A stretch of DNA of 64,000 nt from Gekko japonicus (lineage: Eukaryota), in contig NW_015167096.1 in assembly GCF_001447785.1 (NCBI RefSeq), positions 128,304 through 192,303 on the forward strand, in the 5' to 3' direction. This document shows positions 1 through 12,840 of the stretch, in pieces. The notes below the pieces were generated by a model. The model ran no database searches and was not told where the DNA came from. It worked only from the letters and a program-made list of their open reading frames with translations. Each line of letters begins with the position of its first letter. Position 1 is the stretch's first letter. Both the position numbers and the translations under genes were made by a program.

Positions 1-372
1 GCTCGGAGGGAGAGGTGAAAGATGAGGAAGACAAAGGAGCGGCTAGAGGGCCAAAATACAATTTAAGAGGCAAAAAAGGGAAGCACCCCAACGTTTGAGA
101 ACCAGTTCGGAAAGCGCATTAAAGACAATACTAACCCCAAAGGGACACTATTAACACACTAACTAACTGGTTTTGAAAGATATAGAAGAAAAAGGGATTG
201 TCCAGCTGCAGAAGAAAATTTTGACTTTGACTTTACTAATAAAAGATTAAAATACTAATTTTTAACATCACTCAACACTTTTCTTTATCCCTCTATATAC
301 CCTTCCTAACTTTCTGAAATGTAAAAGCAATAAAATTCCCTCCTTTTTAGGAGAGGGAAATTAAAAAAAAAA
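1..372 (+). mobile_element. 3' end of a polyadenylated retroposed sequence (L1/HAL1-like, unclassified)
   Basis: Frame 3 is open from the window start (SEGEVKDEEDKGAARGPKYNLRGKKGKHPNV*), followed by an AT-rich UTR, AATAAA at ~329, a short hairpin and an A-run at ~363-372. Confidence 0.4.
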
Positions 373-1541
373 GTTTGCCAAAAGTCTCTAAAGTCTGCAA
401 ATCGCCTGTAATTTTCTTGTAAGTTCCTTACTAGTCCCATTTGCTTTCAGTTCCATCCCCCTTTAAAAGGCATGCTTTAACTTCGTTTTTATTTCTGTGG
501 GGGGGTTCCTGCCCCCCCTCGCTTATTTTAGGGGGGGACTTTCAGCCATTTCTCTGGTTCTCATTTCAACCAAACTCACTTTCAATGTAGATCATGTAGA
601 TCTCACCATCAAATGTGTCAAACGCTCGACCTCCACACGCTTGTCCCGGTGTGCGTCTCTGAGTCCAGTACTGGAACACAGCGGCGAGACTGTCAGGGCA
701 TTGGAATGCCTCAAGCAACTGGCACCATGCCAGGGGAGAGGCGATCCTCAGCGCCCCATGTCTAGGAGCCTTTCGCAAAAGCTCCAGGGGGAGCACGTAC
801 AATCGCACCCCCTCTCATCCACTGGCTCATGGATTGCATCCTCGGGAGCTCCCGAGAGACGTGTCCGCCATTGGATCACCAAAATTGGAACCTCCTCCCC
901 ACTTCCTGTTAAGCCCAGGCCACTGAGTTATTGGGGAACTGACTGGTATGCCTTCTGTGTTAGGCTTAGTGTATGTTCTCTTGTTGTCATCTTGGCAACT
1001 GTGCTCCTTGCCTTGAGCTGCTCCACAGGGCATTCCCCCCTCTCATTCACATATAGAATTGTGTGTGAGTTTTCTCTGCTGAATGAGTTCAGCGGGTATC
1101 TGGGTGATATGGTTGGGCTGTCCTCATTTCCTTCCTTGTGGGTTTTCCTGCCAAAATAATTATGTGTTTGTAGAAGGGCATTTGAACTATCCATAGCTCT
1201 GCTTATGAATAGGAAGAACACATCCATGGTATGCTGTCGAGCCCGCAGGAGTGTTGTAGTGAGGGGTCATACCAGAACTGACTTTTTGGGGAAGGTTGAA
1301 GCAGAAGATTAAAGGTATCACTTTGGCCACTTTACTACTGTTACGCTGTACTGCTTTACTTTCCTTCTGATTGTTGTTACAGGACTTGTATTAGGCATGC
1401 CACAGCTCTAATACAGTATGGTGTGTAGTGTTTCCTATGTTCTATCTGTTGTGTTCTGTTTGTAGGTGGGGACAGAGTGACATCAACAAGGTTACTTTGT
1501 TTTGATTGGATGCTTCCATATCTGGCTGACACAGGATCATT

Positions 1542-1638
1542 GTCAAGATGCTATTCGATGATTATTGAGTATCGGCCGCTGCTCTTGCTCAGAGCTCAGC
1601 TGGTCAAGATGCTATTCCATGATTACTGAGTATCGGCA
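1542..1638. repeat. Short direct duplication (~35 bp, 61 bp apart)
   Basis: gtcaagatgctattc(g/c)atgatta(t/c)tgagtatcggc at 1542 and 1603. Confidence 0.85.
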
Positions 1639-1816
1639 GTGTTGATATGGGCTGCGGACCAGTTGCTCTGAGCTTCTTGTAGTTGTGCCTTTCTGGAAAT
1701 ATCTTTTCTCTGCTGAGGATATCACCTAACTATGCTGGTGCTGTGCTAGGTCCAGGGATTAGGATGACAGTGTTAAACAATTCACTTTATCATTTGCAAC
1801 TGCTCATGGTAAAGGT

Positions 1817-2017
1817 AAAGGTAATGGTGCTGATCAGTGGCTGCTTCCTGCACTGCAAAATGGCTGCCAGGAAATGATGTCACTATGCAACAGCATACCA
1901 TGGAGGTGTTCTTCTGTAAAGGTAATGGTGCTGATCAGTGGCTGTTTCCTGGACTTCAAAATGGCTGCCAGGAAATGATGTCACTATGCAACAGCATACC
2001 ATGGAGGTGTTCTTCTG
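1817..2017. repeat. Tandem duplication of a ~100-bp unit
   Basis: aaaggtaatggtgctgatcagtggctg...ccatggaggtgttcttctg occurs twice, back to back. Confidence 0.9.
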
Positions 2018-2754
2018 ATTCACAAGCAGAGCTTCAGGTAGTCCAGAAGATGTAAGCCTCATTTCTTTATCCTCAGCATATAGTGTGAAACAGCTCATAA
2101 AGAAATTTGGCCTCTGAGAATTTCATTATGGTCTTGTCTGATGTGGTTCAGCCCTTCCCACCATTTTTACAAAGATTTAAGTTTTTATTTAAATGATTAT
2201 GAAGCAGATGGGGAATTGGGCCCTTTGATTTCTCTGTCTCAGCTCAGAAACCGAATTTTGTGGCTAGGTTTCTGTCAGGATTATTTGCAGACAAAGACAG
2301 GTAGCTGTTTGAGCACAATACATGATCATATTAAAAAGACAATATGGTTTTTGTCAAGCTGTGTCACACAGACATGGAAGGAAGGATGCTGTTATTTTTT
2401 TTTCCAGTTGTAAACATACATAGTAGAGTCAGGGTTTTGTCCTCCACTATGAAAAAAATGATTTGACAGGTTAAAGTCATTACAGAAAAAAAGAAACTGG
2501 CATTGTAATTGTTCTTAGACACCCCATTTTCTGAAGAGCTGGCTCTGAGTCCCGTAGCACCTTAGAGACCAACAAGACTTTTGGTGTCTAAGCTATTGAG
2601 AGTCAAAGCTGCCTTTGTCCGACAGTCAAAGCTTGCTACATCTGACCCTCTGAAACTTTTTAAAACGTCCAAACTGTAAAATTTCTACCTGTGAAAATGT
2701 GATCCACTTAAAATATCTGAAGAGTCAAACGTAAAGTAAAGGAGTGCTACCTGC

Positions 2755-2960
2755 CAGTGTTCCCTCTAAGCTGAGTTAGTGTGAGCTAGCTCACAGGTTT
2801 TTAGCCTCTGGCTCACACATTTTTGTCTTAGCTCAGGAAGGATGGCTCCAGAGCAAACTAATTTATGCAGCAGCCAAATCTCCTGCTCACAATGTTAATC
2901 CCAGTAGCTCACAGAGTAGAATTTTTGCTCACAGAGCTCGATAGCTTAGAGGGAACATTG
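2755..2960 (+). mobile_element. hAT MITE, family A (TIR CAGTGTTCCCTCTAAGCT)
   Basis: TIRs cagtgttccctctaagct / agcttagagggaacattg; imperfect TSD (ctacctgc / cgtacctgc); homologous to 5621 and 10400. Confidence 0.85.
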
Positions 2961-3394
2961 CGTACCTGCAGTGGGACCTGAAATGCGCAGAGGCAGACAG
3001 GAGTATGAATATTTTAATTAAATAAAGAATTGTATATCAACATAGGGCTATATGAGTGACATACAGTAATTTTTGGAATCCAGAACTGTTCTGGATAATG
3101 GTTCTATTTACGGAATGATGTAATTTTCAGTCATAGTTCAAGCACCTTATAACTAATGAAATGATTAAAAAAACATAAAATTATCAATATTAGAATGAGA
3201 CATTATGAACAACATTGTGTGACTTACAACTGCGGTCCACAAAGCAACCCTCAAGCTAGAAGAGACCATTAAAACAACCAAAAAAGTGGAACCCTTCAGT
3301 TAAAATCCTGGGTAAAGCAATATGTTAGGGCCTAAAATAGTGAAGTCAGCCTAACAGGGGAGGGAATTCCCAAGGCAAGGTGGTGGTGGAACAT

Positions 3395-3590
3395 GCTGTC
3401 AAGTCACACCCAACTTATAGCAAACCAGGGTTTTGAAAGTGAGAGACATTCAGAGGTGATTTTTCATTGCTTGCCTCTGCATAGTGACACTCAGTGTCCT
3501 TGGTGGTCTCCCACCCAAATACTAACCAGAACTCACCCTGCTTAGCTTTTGAGATCTAATGAGACTGAGCTAACCTGGGACATCCGGGTT
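3395..3590 (-). mobile_element. 5S rRNA-derived SINE with RTE/BovB-type tail (5S-Sauria-like)
   Basis: Reverse complement of the 5S core (ggtctccc...ccctgcttagctt..gagatct) joined to the shared family tail. Confidence 0.75.
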
Positions 3591-3877
3591 GGAGTTAAGG
3601 CAAGGTACCACCACTGAAGAGCTCTGTCCCATTCACTTCACTTCTGCAGATGGGGGCACAGAAAGCATATCTTGGCAAGAAGATTGAATCAGGTGTAATA
3701 GATCTTCAAGTGTCCTGGACCCAATCCTCAACTGCCACTCTGAATTGTGACCAGAAACAAATGGGCAGCTGCTGGCCATTACAGATCTTTAACACTGATG
3801 CGTTACAATCGTGAGTCCCCAACAATAATCTAGGCTAGCTACAGCAGTTTGGATCAACTGATGTTTCCAAACGCATG

Positions 3878-3879
<2 letters not shown>

Positions 3880-3920
<41 letters not shown>

Positions 3921-5400
3921 CCTTCCTTCTCATCATGTTTTCTTTCCTAGCTCCCTGCCCTCAGCAAAGAAAATAGCATCCTGGCCTGTATAAGAGTAAA
4001 ATATTTATGCTGTGCTGTCTTCTTACTATGATCACTGTGATATTGTTAGAATTGTTCTGTCCTGTCAGCCCTGCTATGTTTGTCAGCTCTGTTGTTTAGG
4101 TGTCAGCTGCAGTTCTGATACTGAAACAGTTTGTGCCAGAGTGGAGGGGAGGGGGGAATATGTTGGCTCATATAAAATGAAAACCAGCACTGAACGGAGA
4201 CTTTCAATACATAGGTTTGTCTATACACTCCGAAGTGAGCAATTAGTGTCCCCCCCCCTCCCATCACCTGTAAGGTTTTCTGCAAAGTGACTCGAGATTT
4301 GCTCTAGGCCATGGCAACAAATATTTGCATTTGACCTGATTATTCATAGATTAAAACTTATCACCATCAAAGCCAAACAGCCTCCTCTGTGCGGATAAAG
4401 AACCTGAAGTCTTTCTCCAATCAGTAAACTCATTTAGGCCATTAGTCCAATTCCATTCTTATTTATTAACTAAACTATTTATACCTTCCCTTTCCCATAA
4501 CTCAGGGTGGCTTAACAAATTCAAATTTAAACAAATCCAAACTACAGTAAAATCCTACATAACCTTCCTCTCCCTATATTAACGTCTGCATCTCACACCC
4601 CATTAAAAACCCTAGCCAAGAGAGTAGCCTTGGCAAGCTAGAGACACCGCGAGCTAGAGACACCAGACATATATTCTACTGCACAACCCAAACTTCTCAC
4701 ATCTTATCTGTAGCCTGCTTGGATGAGAACCCTCTGGAAATCTTACTTCATCCTAGGTTTGATGCTATTTGGGAGCTGGATACTCAGATTAAATCAACAG
4801 TTTCCATCAATTCCCCCTTCCTGTTTCAGACACTCCTCATCTCATTCCTTAGCATTGGGCTTGAGAGGCAATTAGTTGTTGGACACCTTGAGGAATTTCA
4901 CATTACCCTTTTTAACCTGTTTTGAAGCCGTTTTTGATCCGTCGTAGAGTAAACTGGTATAGGGCTGCCATTTCACACATGGCTTTCCCCTTCTGGTAAA
5001 GAGCTGGATCTGAAGCGATTTGCCATTTCAGACTGCATCGCTTTCCCCCCGCCGTTTTTTGCCCACGTGGGCAATCTCCGGCTTTTTTTTTTAATGTTTG
5101 CTTTAGAGCATGCTCAGTTGTTTTTTGTGGGGAGCAGAAAGGAGAGCACACATTCTGATGTAATGTCAATGAACCCTTTTTTGAAATCAATTTGTTCAGG
5201 GCCTGTAACTGATAAATTGTAGGACCAAGTCTGGAGCTTTAGTTGCAGGTGGGCGGCGTACAGCTTTCCTGGTATGGACAACGGGCTCATTGGCCAGGGA
5301 GTGCTGTGATCCCTTCTTATATATGGTAGTAATTTTTATTATTGCTATGTTTTTTGTATTTTGTAATGGCCAATAGCTTAATACAATAAATTTACTTGTA
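3880..5400 (+). repeat. Copy 1 of a ~1.5-kb near-identical duplication (copy 2 at 7044-8548)
   Basis: 3880-4785 matches 7044-7942 and 5106-5400 matches 8254-8548 almost base for base; the middle segments differ. Confidence 0.95.
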
Positions 5401-5620
5401 TTTGTACTCCAAAATTTTAATTTTTAACAGTATCAATTTGGTTTCCAGGAAAGAAAAAATGAAAGATTATTATTTATAGGCTTTTATTTCTGAGGCATAC
5501 TAGTGACTGAAAATCACAAAACTGATGCTCTCCCATACTTTGCCACAAATTAGCTATTCATGACTTCAAAGAACTCTGAATTCTTATGAGACAATCGTTT
5601 CCTAAGGAGCTGGTCATAAG

Positions 5621-5826
5621 CAATGTTCCCTCTAAGCTGTAGAGTCTTGTGAGCAAAAATTTTACTTTGTGAGCTACTGGCATTAAGATTGTGAGTGAGC
5701 AATTTGGTTACTGCATAAATTAGTTTGCACTAGAGCCATCCTTCTTGAGCTAGGACAAAAATGTGTGAGCCGGAGGCTAAAGAACTGTGAGCTAGCTCAC
5801 ACTAACTCAGCTTAGAGGGAACACTG
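5621..5826 (-). mobile_element. hAT MITE, family A
   Basis: TIRs as at 2755; perfect 8-bp TSD gtcataag at 5613-5620 and 5827-5834. Confidence 0.95.
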
Positions 5827-6085
5827 GTCATAAGTATCATAATTAATTACAGTTTCAAGATAACTTTCATAACAATTCATGGTCACCATATTTATTTCTT
5901 TAAAAAAGAAACTGATATGAAAATATATGGAATGATAATATTCTGGGTAGCAAGAAAGTCTGCACAAAATTATGGCTTCATACATATCCATTAATATTAT
6001 TAGCAAACATAAGGAAATGAATAGTGCAATGGCTACAGTCAAAGATTTACACCAAGAGGGACAGGAATATATCTGTATCTACTGT

Positions 6086-7041
6086 NNNNNNNNNNNNNNN
6101 NNNNNNNNNNNNNNNNNNNNNNNNNNNNNNNNNNNNNNNNNNNNNNNNNNNNNNNNNNNNNNNNNNNNNNNNNNNNNNNNNNNNNNNNNNNNNNNNNNNN
6201 NNNNNNNNNNNNNNNNNNNNNNNNNNNNNNNNNNNNNNNNNNNNNNNNNNNNNNNNNNNNNNNNNNNNNNNNNNNNNNNNNNNNNNNNNNNNNNNNNNNN
6301 NNNNNNNNNNNNNNNNNNNNNNNNNNNNNNNNNNNNNNNNNNNNNNNNNNNNNNNNNNNNNNNNNNNNNNNNNNNNNNNNNNNNNNNNNNNNNNNNNNNN
6401 NNNNNNNNNNNNNNNNNNNNNNNNNNNNNNNNNNNNNNNNNNNNNNNNNNNNNNNNNNNNNNNNNNNNNNNNNNNNNNNNNNNNNNNNNNNNNNNNNNNN
6501 NNNNNNNNNNNNNNNNNNNNNNNNNNNNNNNNNNNNNNNNNNNNNNNNNNNNNNNNNNNNNNNNNNNNNNNNNNNNNNNNNNNNNNNNNNNNNNNNNNNN
6601 NNNNNNNNNNNNNNNNNNNNNNNNNNNNNNNNNNNNNNNNNNNNNNNNNNNNNNNNNNNNNNNNNNNNNNNNNNNNNNNNNNNNNNNNNNNNNNNNNNNN
6701 NNNNNNNNNNNNNNNNNNNNNNNNNNNNNNNNNNNNNNNNNNNNNNNNNNNNNNNNNNNNNNNNNNNNNNNNNNNNNNNNNNNNNNNNNNNNNNNNNNNN
6801 NNNNNNNNNNNNNNNNNNNNNNNNNNNNNNNNNNNNNNNNNNNNNNNNNNNNNNNNNNNNNNNNNNNNNNNNNNNNNNNNNNNNNNNNNNNNNNNNNNNN
6901 NNNNNNNNNNNNNNNNNNNNNNNNNNNNNNNNNNNNNNNNNNNNNNNNNNNNNNNNNNNNNNNNNNNNNNNNNNNNNNNNNNNNNNNNNNNNNNNNNNNN
7001 NNNNNNNNNNNNNNNNNNNNNNNNNNNNNNNNNNNNNNNNN
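6086..7041. other. Assembly gap
   Basis: N run. Confidence 1.
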
Positions 7042-7043
<2 letters not shown>

Positions 7044-7085
<42 letters not shown>

Positions 7086-8548
7086 CCTACCTTCTCATCA
7101 TGTTTTCTTTCCTAGCTCCCTGCCCTCAGCAAAGAAAATAGCATCCTGGCCTGTATAAGAGTAAAATATTTATGCTGTGCTGTCTTCTTACTATGATCAC
7201 TGTGATATTGTTAGAATTGTTCTGTCCTGTCAGCCCTGCTATGTTTGTCAGCTCTGTTGTTTAGGTGTCAGCTGCAGTTCTGATACTGAAACAGTTTGTG
7301 CCAGAGTGGAGGGGAGGGGGGAATATGTTGGCTCGTATAAAATGAAAACCAGCACTGAACGGAGACTTTCAATACATAGGTTTGTCTATACACTCCGAAG
7401 TGAGCAATTAGTGTCCCCCCCCTCCCGCCGCCTGTAATGTTTGCTGCGGAGTGACTCGAGATTTGCTCTAGGCCATGGCAACAAATATTTGCATTTGACC
7501 TGATGATTCATAGATTAAAACTTATCACCATCAAAGCCAAACAGCCTCCTCTGTGCGGATAAAGAACCTGAAGTCTTTCTCCAATCAGTAAACTCATTTA
7601 GGCCATTAGTCCAATTCCATTCTTATTTATTAACTAAACTATTTATACCTTCCCTTTCCCATAACTCAGGGTGGCTTAACAAATTCGAATTTAAACAAAT
7701 CCAAACTACAGTAAAATCCTACATAACCTTCCTCTCCCTATATTAACGTCTGCATCTCACACCCCATTAAAAACCCTAGCCAAGAGAGTAGCCTTGGCAA
7801 GTTAGAGACACCGCGAGCTAGAGACACCAGACATATATTCTACTGCACAACCCAAACTTCTCACATCTTATCTGTAGTCTGCTTGGATGAGAACCCTCTG
7901 GAAATCATCCTAGGTTTGATGCTATTTGGGAGCTGGATACTCGGGACTGGGAGAGGAAACTGAAGACTACTTGGAAGCGGTTGACAGGTAAAATGCTTCA
8001 GCTTCGTTTCATAAATGGGACAGAAGTGTTTGTGTGTGAAATTACAAATATATTCCAGTAGGAAACCGGTTCTAAAATGGTTCTGTCTGAAATGACAGTT
8101 TATTCTCATGTTTAAGGATAGGTATGAACTGGCTCATGAACAAAAGTTCATGATGAATTTTGGCCAGTTTGTGGTTTGCAAAGTGATGTTCCTGAACTGA
8201 AGAGCTGCCATGAACTCCCATGAATTTTAAGGCAGTTTGTGGCAGTTCACAAAGAGCATGCTCAGTTGTTTTTTGTGGGGAGCAGAAAGGAGAGCACACA
8301 TTCTGATGTAATGTCAATGAACCCTTTTTTGAAATCAATTTGTTCAGGGCCTGTAACTGATAAATTGTAGGACCAAGTCTGGAGCTTTAGTTGCAGGTGG
8401 GCGGCGTACAGCTTTCCTGGTATGGACAACGGGCTCATTGGCCAGGGAGTGCTGTGATCCCTTCTTATATATGGTAGTAATTTTTATTATTGCTATGTCT
8501 TTTGTATTTTGTAATGGCCAATAGCTTAATACAATAAATTTACTTGTA
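7044..8548 (+). repeat. Copy 2 of the duplication of 3880-5400
   Basis: Starts in the same (CT)n microsatellite directly after the gap; very few substitutions relative to copy 1. Confidence 0.95.
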
Positions 8549-8756
8549 CTATATATTAAAACTACAATAGCTTCTTGCCATTTGTCAGGGACTTGGCCAG
8601 TTGAATCAATCACAGTGAATAAACATTGTAAAATTTGTGCCCACCAGCTTCAATGGTTCTTAAAGGCAACCCTTCTTCCTTTTCCACCAGCAGAAAAACC
8701 AGTCAGATCCAACCCATGATAAGGAATAAAGCAAAAGGAAGTAGTCGATAGTTTCA

Positions 8757-8867
8757 GAGGGTAGCTGTGTTGGTATCCAGTAGAACAGCTAGAGTCCAGT
8801 CCAGTAGCATCTTAAGAGACTAACAAGACTTTTGGGGTATAAGCTTCCCTTTCGTCATATCTGATGC
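8757..8867. mobile_element. Degenerate Penelope-like pLTR fragment
   Basis: gggtagctgtgttgg...gtccagtagcatcttaagagactaacaag; homologous to 51265-51340 (similar fragments at ~2545-2620 and ~44615-44720). Confidence 0.6.
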
Positions 8868-10399
8868 TACTCCTTCAAGGCAGGGGAGCTTCAGGAATAG
8901 TTTGATGGGGGAACTGGAGGTCTTCTAAGGGAGGGGGGATCAGCTATGAATAAACACACGCACATTGGAAACACAGATGAGGGGGGGAAAGGTACAACTG
9001 AACTGGAGACACGGAACAATACAGCAAATAGTGCCTTCTCCGATTAAAGAAGGAGGCTTAGTTTTTAAAGTATTTCTGTAGCGCCCTTCTTTGCCATGGC
9101 AAACTCAGAATTTCAGAAACTCTGCTAGGTAAACTGGAATCAGAGAGGAGTGAAATGAAGCACGCAGTGAAATTGTGAAGCAGTAAAGGAATGGAACTAG
9201 GGACATCCGCTCATCCCCACGAAGAAGAAGGAAAAGGCTCGCTAAATGATTTCCCAAAAGATGGAGTGACTATTTCTGTAAAATGTTTATGAAGCATGAA
9301 GAATTTACTAAGCTGTTGGCTTCATAGTATAAAGAAATATCTGTGTATCTCCCAAAGTTCAAATGTTTCATTGCCTTGCAACTGAAACTTCTGGCACAAT
9401 TTCTACCGCACCTAGATTAAAACTGGGGCCAATTTCATCATGGATTAAATCCAGTTGGCCACCCAATATCAGATGGCCCAAGCTGTCTAAACTGCTTTCG
9501 CTCATTTACCAGGGTGCTCGAAGGCGTGACAGCATAAGGCACTGAAATGAATGCATCTGGCTGAGAACTGCAGCTACTTTCCAGAATTGCAAAAGGAGGA
9601 TTTTTCTGGAGGTCTCTTTGTGAGGGATGAACAAATCTTCCCTATTTTGGTATTTTTAAATTATCCGTATTTATATTTTTGGCTGCTGGTTTAGTTCTTC
9701 ACTTTTCATTTTGTTTTTAGTTAAAGATTAGTTTGAATTGTGTACATGTGTTGTCTGGATCAGCATTTGGCATTTATACATTTAATGTACCTATAAAGTA
9801 TAATGCTGATTTAATGATGAACAAATGATACTGAACAACACACACATCTTATGAGAAACATTTGGTGCTAGGAAATAGAAAGTGGCACAGAAATGAATAA
9901 TAAGTTCAATTCACATAAGGGGGAAGAAAAATCAAAACAGGGATTTGGGGTGCCAAACAGCAAGAATGAATCCAAAATCACCCCTCTTTTTAGCTGGAGA
10001 TTAAGCAGGGACTGAATCTGGAATCTCATACATGCAAAGCACCAGTTCAATCACCTGTTTATCTATTCATCTATTAATTCCTTTGTTTGCTTCAATATTA
10101 TTTTGGTATCCTGTTTCTGAGACTAAAATTGTCTTCCCAAAATAGCTCATGGAAATCAAAATTGAATTTAAGTTACAATTGGAAGTCAAATGACCTTTGG
10201 AGGGAGATTCTCAGCTGAGTGGCATGCAGGCATAATGGAGGGGCCTTTGGCTTCTTTTTTCCCTCTCTCACCATGGTATAAGTGATGGTAGTTGAAAACT
10301 GGGAGATGGCTGCAAGCTGGAGATGGCTGCAGCCCCAGTAGAGTGTGCTTATTTGCTTCCTGTCCTCCTACCAAAGCCCTCATTGATAAGAGTTGGAAG

Positions 10400-10604
10400 C
10401 AGTGTTCCCTCTAAACTGAGTTAGTGTGAGCTAGCTCACAGTTTTTTATCCTCCAGCTCACACATTTTTGTCTCAGTTCAGGAAGGATGGCTCCAGAGCA
10501 AACTAATTTAGGCAGTAGCCAAATTGCTCACTCACAACTTTAATTCCAGTAGCTCACAAGTAGAATTTTTGCTCACAAGACTCCACGGCTTAGAGGGAAC
10601 ACTG
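10400..10604 (+). mobile_element. hAT MITE, family A
   Basis: TIRs cagtgttccctctaa / ttagagggaacactg; full-length homology to 2755; no clean TSD. Confidence 0.9.
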
Positions 10605-12659
10605 CTGCAGGAAATGGGGATCTGAATTTAGACACCACTTCCAGTGAGTGATTCCCTACCTATACTCCTCACCCCCCTGCTGATGCTCAGTAGGACAGTG
10701 GAGGAAAAGTGGAGGGGAATGGCACTGCATGAAAAACAAAGCAAGTGGCTAAAAAATGGGAATCTCTAAAAACTCTCTAGAAGCCTCCCTGATCTCTATG
10801 TTTTTTACCACGGAGATTGAGAGGACTCCTAGAACACCATGCGATGCAGTGACATTACTTCTTTTTTCCAGCCATAAATGACATTGTGTGTCTCTGCCCC
10901 TCAGATCCTTCTGGATCAACCCTAGATCTGCATCCAATTTTACCAAACTGCATACCAAAGAAATCCACATTTTCTACCAATGCTACCCAAAGAAATGAAG
11001 AATAGTCAATGAGAAAGAAACCCCCTGGGTATATCAATGCTTGTTCTTGCTGATAAAGGGATTAACCCAGCCAGATTTTTCACTCAATCTTGCCTAGTTC
11101 CCTTCCTTACTACAGCCCCCAGCTGGCATAGCATTGGTCCATGTAGGTCACATGACCCACAGCAATAGACTTTTTTGGTAGTAAAAATAGCCTTTTTTGG
11201 TAGTTCCTTTTTTACCAGCAGAAAAGTAGGTTGGATCAAACTCAATATAGGGAGAGGTGTTTCTGGTTTTCATTATGATTTATTTGGCATTTCTGTACTC
11301 TATGGCTGAACTAGTTTCTTGACAAGGTAGAGGTGGTCCAAGGATCTGCAGCTCAAACTTGTCCTTGATTTTTTAAAAAAGAATAATGATAGAACGCACT
11401 CCTCCCCTGCAAACAATCCATCATTTCAGTTCTTAGCCCAAGAGCCCTATATTAACCCCACTTTAAAAATATGGCCGTCGGGCAAGAAACGATTGTGTTG
11501 AATTGTGCCCCACATTAGCATTTAAGGTGAAGAGAAGATGCCTTTGCTAATTTTATCTTATTCCCTCATTTAAAAAATACACGAAGTTTAAACTTTTTTT
11601 TTCATTTTTTAAAAAAAAGCTATTGCACATATGTCTGCCATTTTGAGTTACTTAACATTGAGGTTCATTTTATACCCTTCGGGGTTATTTTTCTGTTTTA
11701 ATGAAGTAACATTTATGTGGAACCCACCATAATAGACTTCCAGAAGATCCATTTTTTCAGAACATTTAAAGTTTGGAAACCTGTTTGCAGAAATATACTT
11801 TTAAATTTTCTTATTAAAAGGGACATTATATAGATAGATATATTTTATTTGGGCTTTTGATGAAATAATAAATTGGATTTGTGTCGGGGAGGAGAGGAGG
11901 ATAACCCTTCAAGCCCTCAGCTCTCCCCTATTAAGATTTTTTACTTGCAACTTGGCCTCTTTTAAACTCCCATCTCGTGAATACTCACTTCTAATCTGAT
12001 ACCTCAGTGTACATATCTAAACATGATCAGTGACAGTTTTAGCTGCGGGGTGAGGCTTTCTGTGACAGGGGCAGCGAGCTCTGATTGGAGACCATTCATT
12101 GCAAGTGACTTCAGCTGTCTCTTCGACTGACACTTGGCGACTTGAGGAACGAGGAATGACGAAAGCTCTTTGGACAGAAAACTTCCCCTGACAAGAAGGT
12201 GACAGCTCCTTCCACAGCTGGTCTCTGATAAAGCTTTGCACGGGGCCCACACGGTTGCTAATTTAAGGCAGATCGGTAGCTGCAAGCGTGGGGCAAACAA
12301 GTTCTTGTAGGCTTGAAACTCGTTGAGGAGGGATGGCAGCGAGGAGAAGGTTCCCCGGTGGTGCTCTGGGGGGCCCGTAGCATTCTCAGTAGGCCATGTT
12401 TATTTAAAGGCAAGTAAACTGAACCACCAGCAATTCCCGGACCTCATTAAGTCATCGTATGTAGCTGACTCTGGTGTATTTGGTTTATTCAAAGACACTT
12501 CCCCCCCCCTTCTAGGGCCCAAATAGTATAGCAACAGTATCCTTGGCCTTCAGACAGAACTGTCAGAAGTTAGACTGACAAGTGGGAATCGGTCTGGTGG
12601 CTTGTGGCCAGTTTGAGTCAGTACGTCCCATATCAGTGCTATTCAGGGTTGGGGCAGAG

Positions 12660-12840
12660 AGCTAGCATGGTGCACTTGCTAGATTGTCATACTAGAATCT
12701 GGGGAATTTGAGTTCTAATGCCCACACGTCTATGAAGCTTGCTGGTTGGCCTTGGACCAGTCCCATACCCTCCACCTACTTTCTCGCAAAGGGTAGTTAG
12801 GGGAAGAGAGAATGAAGTATGATGCCCTGAGTAGGAGTAA
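12660..12840 (+). mobile_element. Old tRNA-derived SINE (Squam3/MIR-like)
   Basis: Degenerate A/B-box head and a ccttggaccagtc core; similar old copies at ~21910-22125, 22370-22520, 25610-25810(-), 50340-50490(-), 57570-57750, 58205-58385(-). Confidence 0.55.

Noticed and set aside
497-1159. 220-aa plus-strand ORF
   Set aside because: GTG start, no recognisable domain; probably an antisense frame of a TE-like block
1817-2017. Short direct repeats (also 48104-48226, 62353-62412, 30286-30315) as a CRISPR-like array
   Set aside because: Two or three adjacent copies with no unique spacers; ordinary local tandem duplications in a eukaryotic genome
5972-7141. Long ORFs (389 aa, 363 aa) and similar ones at 55661-56096, 56968-57549 and 63744-63995
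   Set aside because: Artefacts of reading through N gaps
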